Assembly (NCBI GenBank): GCA_024704765.1
Contig: JAKMXF010000342.1
Location: 157,351 to 221,350, forward strand
Length of the DNA stretch: 64,000 nucleotides
DNA from: Oopsacas minuta
Lineage: Eukaryota > Animalia > Porifera
Direction: 5' to 3'
The notes beneath the pieces were generated by a model. It was not told where the DNA came from and searched no databases. It worked only from the letters and a program-made list of their open reading frames with translations. The stretch's first letter is position 1. Every line of letters begins with the position of its first letter. Below are positions 53,929 to 64,000 of this stretch, piece after piece. Made by a program: the position numbers and the translations under genes.

Positions 53929-55825
53929 CTGGTGCACCCGCCCAGTAAAAAGGTAAAGAAGAATCGCCAATATGATCTGAGTTACCTACAATTTGGATTT
54001 ATTCCCAGTCCGAACGATCATACCAGACCAATGTGTCATATTTGCTGCAGCCTCTTTTCTAATGAAGCAATGGAACTGAGTAGACTGAAGGATCATCTTA
54101 ATAGACTGCATCCTAGCAAACTTAACTCATATTTTAAGAAAATGAAAGCAAACTCGGAAAAGCAGAGAAACATGAAAGATCTATTCGCGAATAGAGACAT
54201 GCGTCTGGAAAATGGATTGACAGCTTCTTCCAATCTCTCGTTAATGATTGCCAATCTGGTACGCCGCACACTATTGGTGAAAAACTTACATTACCGTGAG
54301 TTAAGGAAGTAATAGAGACGGTCATGTGTCAAAGCTCTACTTCGGTATTGAGTACAATACCGCTCAACAACGATATGGCACAGCGACTCATCGATAAGAT
54401 GGGAGATGACGTCGAGTCACAACTCGTTCAGATATTGTCTAGGACAGATCATGCCCTTCAGATTGATGAGTCCACGGCCAGAGACAACGAAGCATTACTG
54501 ATGGGCTACGTAAGGTTTGTTCATGAAAAGGAGACAAAAAAGAATAAATGTTGTTCGTTATTTCATTGCCAGCAGACACAAAGGCCATGTCGTTATTTGT
54601 GGCTGTAAAGGATTCTACGAACATAAAGAGATACCAGTGAAGAACTTCATACAGTGTGTCAACGATGGATCTCCCGCCATGGTTGGACGGCTTCAAGGAC
54701 TTATTTCCCTCATGAAACGCGAGATTCCGGGTGTCAAGCGATTCATTCTTTAATCAATAGACACTATCTCGCGCTAAATACCTCAGTGGTGAGCTGCATG
54801 ACACTCTGAATTTCATAATCAAGTGAATCAACAGAATTAAAATTAAGTCCTTGATTGATCGTCTTTTGCGCCTTTTATGCCAGGATAACGATGAAGACTT
54901 CGAGCGGTTGCTATTCTACACTGAGGTTCGTTGGCTATCTAGAGGAGCCTGTCTGACAAGGTTTTACGTACTATACGACACTGTTATGGAGTTTTTTGAG
55001 GAGATGCTGAAAGATAATGAGACGACAAAGAAACTGATATTCCTGAAAAACGATGTGACATATCTTTCAGACATATTGTTCATGCTGAATGAGTCTAACT
55101 AACAACTGCGGGAAATATTATGACGATGGAGAATGTCGTACCGTCATTACATCATTCATTACTAAACTAAAACTATTCAAATCCAATGTAAGTCGCAGGG
55201 AACTCCGACAGTTTCCAAACTTGATACAAAATCAGGTCTCAACCGAAGATTTTCTGAGATATTGTGGTTATCTTGAGGATCTTAAGGAAGATATTGTTGA
55301 ACGTTTCGCCGACGTTATCAATATGGAGTACCGGGATGGACTATCAGCTCGTGTTCATGCAATTTGCAACAGGTACCTATTGAAGTTCAGGAATCGCTGA
55401 TTAATTTACGTAGCGATGATGTGGTGAAGTCTTCGTTCCCTGAACAATACTACAACATTTTGTGATGCAGTATTGCTGATCAATACCCTGCTCTATGGGC
55501 CCGCGCGAAAATGATGATATTGTCTTTTCCAAGATCCTACCTCGTGGAGAAGGGTTTCTCAGTCGTTGTTGGACTTCTCATAAAGATGAAGAATAGGCTG
55601 GAGATAACCAAACGTGGTGACCTTCGGGTCTTCTTGACCAAATTCAGTCCCGATCTGAAAAATCTTGTAACTGGGTACCAGGCCTAACCTTCACACTAAA
55701 CTTGTACAAATGAAATTTTCAATATATTGTCTTAGTATTTGGTAATATAATTAATATACAAACGGATTGGGCGAGGAGGGAGGTGAGGGCTGGCGCGATC
55801 AACAGAAAAAGGTTGAGAAACGCTG
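53929..55825 (+). mobile_element. Buster/SCAND3-like hAT element, nearly full-length decayed transposase
   Basis: BED-finger (PMCHICC...RLKDHLNRLH), LQIDEST, DGSPAMVG, LLFYTEVRWLSRG, SYLVEKGFS, GDLR. Right terminus AAAGGTTGAGAAACGCTG ends at 55825. Left terminus not found. Confidence 0.88.
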
Positions 55826-58339
55826 CTGTAGGCTATGAGGTAAGGAAATCTGACAAAAGAAGTCGTTAGCTATGAATTCTCATTGTAATAACACAATTAT
55901 CATGTCTAGCTCAAATTGGAAAAGATATTTTGACAATATCAACTTAGGGCCGTAGCCAGACGAAATGTCGGGGGGTGGAAGGTAAATTAATAAATTTATA
56001 AATATTCAAGACACTCTGGTATTCAATAGTTACGCTTGGTAATTGTGAACATTCTAACATTTTCAAATGACTGACATTTATGTTAATCTCAATAAATATA
56101 AATAATAGAAAATAAACGGATTCTTTGTTCTTCCTGGAATATTTAAAGAGGAACTTTTCTAAGTCCATTCTTTCGTATATCTAGACTCAAACGCAAGAAA
56201 GACTAAATTGGAACTTCTGTTATCCGACATATTCTCTGACTATTGAAAACCGAGAACGAAGAATCACACATAGAACTGCTCCAACCAAACGTGCTACAGT
56301 AGCAACCAAATTATAAGTGTTATTAAACAGATGTCGATATTCTACAATTGTTCGAATATATTTGTTTTATCTTACATGAATTCCTTTACTACTAACAATT
56401 CTTCAATCGAGGGAAGCGAAATCTCAAGCTTTAATAAAGGGTACAACTTATCAATGTAAATTCTTTGATCGAATCAACTGCTTGTAATAACATATTTTAC
56501 TCGAAAAATCTCCTCTCGAATTCACAGCATGTTATATTCATCTGTCAATGAATAATGATGATAATGTATCGTGTGCTTTTGTTGTAGCTTCGGTAAGAAT
56601 AAAATCGCTATATAAGCCGTGGTCTTTTGCGTCTTTTTGGACTAGACATATCATCTTCATCATGCTGTATATTATTTTGGCCTCGTTAAAATCTGAATCT
56701 CTGGAGGCTATGTTAATCTGCCTTGCCTGGTAGACGTACTCTCACCTCTCCGTTGTTACCCGGATCAACTAGATAATGTTATTAAGCGGAGTTGTCTGTA
56801 CATAATTTGAATCGCTAATTTCTCATAAATGTTTTAGAAGTTGTAAGGAATATCATAAAATATACTGTAAAACCATGCCTCCTAAGTCACCTATTTCAAA
56901 AAGGGAGGAAAGTGATTGAGTTTCAGCATCTAGCAGAGTTTATGAAAGAATAACAAATCAAGTTGTAAAAATGGACAAGTACGTACTGTGAAAATTGATG
57001 TGGGAATTGAATTGTGGAAGATATGCACATTTAACGTGAAGTATCATTAATAATAAGGTACAACCATATTTAGTGAATATAATCTTTTGTCTGATCAAAA
57101 AATTTGGAATCAAAATCCGATACATGTGGTAATTAATAAATTGATTTGGCATCTTGGACCATGGATTATATCCATGCCATTTATTTTGCTGTTGCTTGAT
57201 AGAAAATGTCCAATAAAGAATATTAAAATTGACTCTGTGTATAAATACTCATTAAATTGGAAGACAACACCTAGAGGCAAACATAAACTACTCAATCCTA
57301 AAAGTATAATCTTTGAAAGAATTTTTCATTTATGCTACATTCTCAGTCCTTAAACTGATTCTTTTGTAATTTTTTGGGTTAAATCTAGGATGCTGTCAAT
57401 GTATCCGGGCGTTTTTCAGATTTTTTCTCTTGCCAACTATAATTTACCACTCAGAAAGTCAAAGATTGAACAATGAGGTGATATAAACTTAGTTCATATG
57501 ATACATGAGAAGAATGATATTACACCATAGCTTCATCTCCATCAGACTTTTGGAATTTATCGGAAATTCATATATTTTATCAGATTTATATTATCCCGAG
57601 AAATGATGTAATATATATACTTATTCAAATTTTATCTACAACGTACGAAATGCATTTTAAGCTGCATTATCCTACGCTATAATTACAGTTTTATCAATAA
57701 TTTGTTTCCCTCTTCTTTTCAGTTCGGAGATTACCGCCATAAATCGAAGTGCTTTTTCCTGTTTAAGGGGAGAAATTGACGAAGTAGTTCAAATTCCACC
57801 GAAATTCCCCAGAAGCTGACATTTTAGGGGATATCTACGGGAAATGATTTTTCAATAATCAGAAATATTTTCTGCGAGATTTCCTCTAATTACGAAGTAC
57901 AATATCGTTAAACATAGATAGATAACCTTGACATGTATTATGCAGTAATCCTATACGCTGATTCCCAATATTTTGTTGTTAACGACGCATAGTTGATACG
58001 TATTTTTTAGTTTTGTGTATACAGTAGGTATTCAGAATGACCCCAGAAACTTGATATCAACAGATATACTGGATTCTTTGGTACAATTGCAGAATCTTAC
58101 ACGCCCCAACTTTTTTAATGTGGTAAAAAATCCCTATATGCGCCGTTCAAGAATTCGTTGAGAGAAGTTGATAAGAACCAAACAACAAAATCAGATTAAT
58201 ATTGACAAAGTTACGAAAATTTACTCCCTAAGCCATATTCTATGGGGAAAATTGTATTACTCACTATAGTCAAATTGTATTGATTTATACATTACAATTA
58301 CCATAGGAATGCTCATACAGTTGATATTGCGGTTATACA

Positions 58340-59440
58340 CGCTTGNCATATTAAGAGTTTAGATTATAATCAATATGTAATGGGATATCCATCGTTATCA
58401 ACAGCCATTTGGCACCTTCGTGTCATGGATTCCCAGTAAGGTCGCAAAAATGCAGGATCGATTCGATTCCATAAGCCTTCTAACTTTTCTTTTAGTTCTG
58501 GAATGCTCCTGGGGCCTAGTTTAATCAGCTCCTGCTTAACACATCCAAATAAATTTTCGATAGGATTGAGGCCTGGACTTTGTGAAGGCCAAGGAATTTG
58601 TTTGGGGACATTCTGTGAGAACAAAACCTTGACCTTCCGTGACGTGTGTTTAGGATCATTATCCATGACCAGTCGCCAGTTATTTTCATGAATACATTTG
58701 CCTGAGCTATCAAATGACCCTCCATTATATCTAAGAACAAGTCATTATCAATATTCTGTGTAAAAATGCACAGCGGAAATGTGCCCATGGATGAGAAAAG
58801 CAACCCAACGTGAATCTTGAGGCATGTTTGGTTGTTGGAGCGAATCATTTTGTTGGATTTTGTTCACATCCTTATTCTCCCTCTCGATAACCAGATCGAC
58901 ATCTCGTCAAGGAATACAGTGTTTGCCCATTCTCTTTTAGGATACTTGTGCTTCTTGGCCCATCTTATACGGTATAAACGGTTCTTTTCGCTAAGCACGG
59001 GGTTTTAGTTGGATAGGGTTTGGTGTAAGACCAGGTCTTTCAACATGCGTTGCATCATCTGGTAGTATGTCTTATAAGGAGCCCGACTTGCTAGTGTTCG
59101 AAGGGATTAATAAGGCTTATATCTCACCTGGTGTATGGACGAGTGCTTGATAGCGGATCGTAAGGTATTGGGCCTTCCTGCTCCCTTTTTGTGAGAGATC
59201 TCTCCACAGCATCCAACCGGGCTTTTACATTGTAAACCGTCGCCAAAGAAATTCCAACATTTTCAGAAATTTGTTTTGGACTAAGCTGTTTTGATTGTAA
59301 TAAGGACCTTATCATTTCTCTCTTCACAATTTGAGTCACTATCAGCTCTAATATTCAAGTGACCGTAAAAATACAATCATATTATTAATGAAAGGTGAAA
59401 ATTACGATTAATGACGCCGCACATTTTTGTATACGACTCC
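58340..59440 (-). mobile_element. Tc1 (DD34E) element, degenerate
   Basis: MDNDPKHTSRKVK...WPSQSPGLNPIENLF with 34-residue spacing. N-terminal HTH QISENVGISLATVYNVK. Confidence 0.85.
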
Positions 59441-62400
59441 TAAAACACCAAAGTGAAAGTCGTATAAGCAAATATCGTTAGACATTGGTAGAAATAGGTA
59501 AAACTTTGGAATACATCAACAAGAAGCATGATATTTGAATATACTTGAGAATTCCGTGGGTTTACAATAACGATTCACAATTCTAAATATTTGTTTAACA
59601 GACTGTATATCAATGCTAGCCTAGGAGATTTATGTCATATTAATATCAACCCATTCTGACACCTCGTTGACCGGTGACGTTATACAACGTATAAACATTT
59701 TTGTAAAATTTGGAAGAGTCCAAAATTATCAAGAAGTCAGTGCATGACCCGGACTCGTACAATCCTACATCCTCTGATTTGAATCGCAATGTTTAATCGA
59801 GGAGTAAGATAATACTGAAATGAACTTCCTATTGTGTCATCGTTTGTGATAATTTACGTATTTTAGAAGAATATTTTGAAGTCTTATGTAATAGATTCGA
59901 TGAAATTTAACTACATAGTACTGTATTACTTGAACTATTGTTTTTCATATGTATAATTTCAACAATCATACAATTAATAACAAATTGTCCTTTATTGACT
60001 CAATTTATTATTTTGTATTTATTTCATATCTCTCTTGAATCAATATATGACTTCATTTCCAATGCAATATGCAATATTGAAGCCACTGGCCGAATAACTC
60101 TAGATATGTAGTTCTAAAGATTGAGATTGTGTATTTTCGATCTGAATTTTATTCCTTGCATATATCTAGTTGATGGATATTCTCGAAATGATATAGTATC
60201 TCAAAATGTGAACGCATTTTGTGCATTGGAGCTCAACATGTATGATATTGAAAGAAGTATAAATGAGGACCCAAATTGGCGTTACTCGAATTCATTTTGT
60301 GGCAAATTATCAAAACATATATTTGGTAGAAATTGTGCTCGTCAACGTGCAAAAATAACGAACGTATGGCGTAAGAACCAAACTAGAATTCATCAAAAAT
60401 TCATGATATTTCCAGTGTCTGCTAAACCTCATATACCTACCTTGAAATTACCAATTAATATTAATTTCCAACTATTCCCACCTGGTTTTTTTCTAACACG
60501 AGTTGGCAATTCTCTTTTTCAAAAGAGTAAAAGTGTCAATCCAGAAAAGATAGAAAGTTCGAGTGTTACTATTAATACAAGCTCATTGATTATAACCAAA
60601 ATAGTACTCCTTTCACTCACATGTAAGTGTTCCGCTGGCCAAACTGGTTCTCACTCAGACCTGAATGACCTATCATAACTGTATGATTTCCCTCGCTGTT
60701 GGTGATAATTTTAAGCTGGCTCGCTGGAAACATCAGTCACCATGAGAAAAATACATCACTATTGCGCAGTGTGCAGGTGGTCAAACGGTAGATCACACTG
60801 AATCAATATGGCAGAGAGTGGTGAGATAGCCATGCAGAGTAAATACTCTACATAAGGAATATTCACGTGGATGTGTAGCGAATTAGTCATACAAGAATGC
60901 CAGTAAGGTGACTCCTTGAGGATGCCAATTGATGGTCGTATGGAACTAAGGCGAATCTGTTAATTTCAAAAGTAGAGGAGATAAACAAATTCCCTTTGTC
61001 TTTGCTATCAGAAACTTGTGACTGCAATCATACATCATGTTGACGATTAATGTATAACTGTAGCAGTGACTTTCATGATTTTCAACGATTAGGATAGACA
61101 TGCGATCTGGAATCACACATCTGAACTATTATACTGTGATTGATTATGTCAATAGGTAATTTATCATACATTACAGTCAAAAATTTAAAATTAGAATGTT
61201 GCTTGTCAGTTTTCTCTGGCAAGCAATGAATGCTCTCAGAAAGTGACATGCAAATCACATCTAATATCATTGTAATTCTTAGTTAATAAATACTGGCTTT
61301 ATCTAAAAAATATTGCACAACAGATCAATAAGAAATTATACAACAAATCCAGGTTTGCCAACCCTCCCGATTTTTGGGTTGTTATCTAGATCAGTGGCAC
61401 TCAAACTGGGAGCGCGAGGAGGCCGCAAGGGGGGGCGCAGAACGGTTATGGAATGTGATTTCAAAAATGTTTTATAGCGATAAATGCAGCAATCATCCTG
61501 TTTAGAATAGGTGGCACTTCAATTGATATTGTTTAAATAGATTGTAGCTTGCTAATCGGAGAGCTGCATTTGTCCGAATTTGTAGTATGCAATGCCCAAC
61601 AGAAGTAGGCATCATCATTCATATGATATATTGTCACTAATAATTGATAGATGACATATACTCAAGGTGTATTCTGTATACCAGAAATATGTCGATTCGG
61701 TATTTCACTTAACATTGCCCTCAGGATGGACTATTTCTCGTATTATAGAATATTCCTGCTGAAAATTTGGGATTGGGATTTTTGGGATTTTGGCATTTTT
61801 CTTAGGAAATTGACTTCCCGTGATTTCTATTCGAATTTAGTGGCGATTTCATCGTTTCTAGTGCCGCATTTAACTAGATAGACTATTAATGTTATAAATA
61901 TGGCCCTGATTAAGGAGATTTCATCACTACGAACCACTGGAAAGGATTTACTGTCATTAGTTCCTCGTATTCTCATTGTACAAGTTTTAGTTTTCATTCT
62001 CACTTTATACTGACCCCAAGGCTTTTACCTGCTAATAGTTACTTCCTGTTTTCTTCATTCAGGCCTTACTTTAGTCAGACAAATACATACTTCACTCTGA
62101 CAGATGTGTACTATAGAATTCGGACAATTACTTGCGTCCCTTTCTAATATCTATTATTTTTTAGTTATTAATTTAGTTTCGTTGACAAAGAAATTTATCA
62201 CCCAACGAAAGCGAGGTCAATTGGATATTTACCTAACTAAGAATAATAGACTCTATACAAAATGTCAAGACATTTCGCAATCTGATTAAGATGAGTTAAT
62301 TGATAACACGGATATAATACAATATTAATAACAAATTATATTTGCTAAAAATGAGGCCAAAAGCAGAGGTCCGTAGAATTGTGATGGTGAAATTTGGGGG

Positions 62401-63799
62401 CCGCGACTGAGAAATGTTTGAGAAGGACTGATCTAGATATTGTTCTTTGGTATTTTGAGCAACCCCTCTCTTTGTGGGATTCGGTATTAGGCTGTAGGAG
62501 TGGGTAAACATGCTTGGCTGTTGTTCAAGGATATTTGATGCTTGCAGCATTCATGGTTAAATATCTAATAAGCCTATAGGGAAACATTATTTTAGTGACT
62601 ATTTTGTCAAACCAAATGATCCTTAGAACCTGATTAACCATGTTCTCATATATTTGCAGGGGTCTCAACTCTCACCAGCTCTTGTTGTACAAGATTTTTC
62701 GTTTGCATATACAACATATATCCTGGTCTTTTCATAGAAAACTAATACTAAATCATAAGTCTCACGATTTAATAGTGTGATTTTTCACAATCTCACGATT
62801 TTGAAAGTTCTCGGGCTGAGAGTCCTTTAATTGTTATGCTAAACTCTCTTTTCTTCATTATATCATATTTACATTCTGTAATTGGATTTATTGTTAATTA
62901 AAAATTAAAATTTCGAGTGTATAATTATTGAGTATACCCTGGATGGACAAAAGTGTTCATCCACTGCTAAAGTTTTCATACAAATAGTACGAATCTCGTT
63001 TATCCTTGATGGGCCATTATACTGTAAGATTTATAGTTTATCCGATGTCTCATTTGCGTTCTAAGTATTTGAAACCTCAGTATATATATTTCCTATTTAC
63101 ATACTAAATGAAAATGGTATTTAAGTAGGAACTTGATACCATTGACAACCATTACTCATATGTTTACAGGTTCCATGAAGTAACTAAGGGTTGGAATTTT
63201 GAAACGTATTAGTGAGTATTTCAAAAGATCTTAGAAACTCTTTTATCTGAATATGTAGATAGCGATTTTGATACGAAATAGCCTTTGAATTATACTATTA
63301 TACTGTATTGATATCAAGAATTGACCCACAATTGTAACTTGTATTTAAATTATGGATATAGATGACTACTTTTGCCTGGGTAGGTATGTTATTTTATATC
63401 AAAATATTTGTGTTGCAGAAAATTTTAGGAAAAAATACGCTAAATTATACAAAAAACCAATTGTCCCGCTTTTGGGGCCGATTTCACGCCGAAAGTATGT
63501 TAACCTTCCGACTTTTGGCAATTAGCTATTGCAGCTATGTTAATCCATAAATGCCATTGATCTATTATGATTTAAGACAATAAGCGATAATAAAGCATAC
63601 ATTTCAATGAAGTTTGTCCACTACCAGGGTATTAAGCTCGTCTAGTATAAATTAACCTGAATGGCAATTTCGAAATTATATAATTTACACATAATAACCC
63701 TCTTAACAATTTTCCTTGTCAATGAGGATATATTTAACCTTGAAGGGATTATTCCAGATAGTTGCTCTTTGTATGGAAATGTCTAACTATTGCCTACAG

Positions 63800-63870
63800 C
63801 AGTGGTTCTGAACCTTTTTAGTCATGCGTACCCCTTTGTCCCAGGATGAGATGCCACGTACCCCTAGTTA
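63800..63870 (+). mobile_element. Left end of a hAT-type element
   Basis: CAGTGGTTCTGAACCTTTTT...CGTACCCC. Similar lone hAT-type starts occur at ~61392 and ~62657. Confidence 0.45.
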
Positions 63871-64000
63871 ACTAGTCTGTCAGTTTATATTGTATCTTGT
63901 CAATTTCCAAATCTAAGCGATAAACAAACATCTAGAATCTAATCAAACTAAGCTATAAATATACCTGGTAAAATTAATGTGAACACTGCTGTTGTCCCTC

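Noticed and set aside
39570-58350. Isolated n bases (~39573, 49996, ~51488, ~58346)
   Set aside because: Assembly ambiguities, not biological features; noted only as a caution for nearby junctions.
1-64000. rRNA, tRNA, CRISPR arrays or prokaryotic operons
   Set aside because: No such structures seen; the sequence is eukaryotic with spliceosomal introns.

Overview
AT-rich eukaryotic (animal-like) genomic window made mostly of DNA transposons and their relics. At least seven superfamilies are recognisable: Transib/RAG1-like, CMC-Chapaev3, Mutator/FB-NOF, Tc1/mariner, hAT, P and Merlin. I could not support any retrotransposon. The only host gene I recognise is CFAP100/CCDC37: its last two coding exons (+ strand, 20977-21327 and 31251-31499) are separated by a 9.9-kb transposon-filled intron. 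Main points of interest: (i) an 8.75-kb Mutator/FB-NOF-like element (5736-14490; 9-bp TSD, ~365-bp TIRs) whose decayed transposase ends in an OTU deubiquitinase-like domain, plus a much older second relic with the same architecture at ~38.1-39.4 kb; (ii) a Transib-type transposase at the left edge with an N-terminal segment resembling the RAG1 nonamer-binding domain; (iii) an intact Chapaev3 element inserted in the left TIR of the Mutator element; (iv) a ~1.1-kb foldback palindrome; (v) an unidentified coding-like repeat present in three overlapping fragments. All family assignments come from motifs read by eye; no database search was run. The organism cannot be determined from this window.
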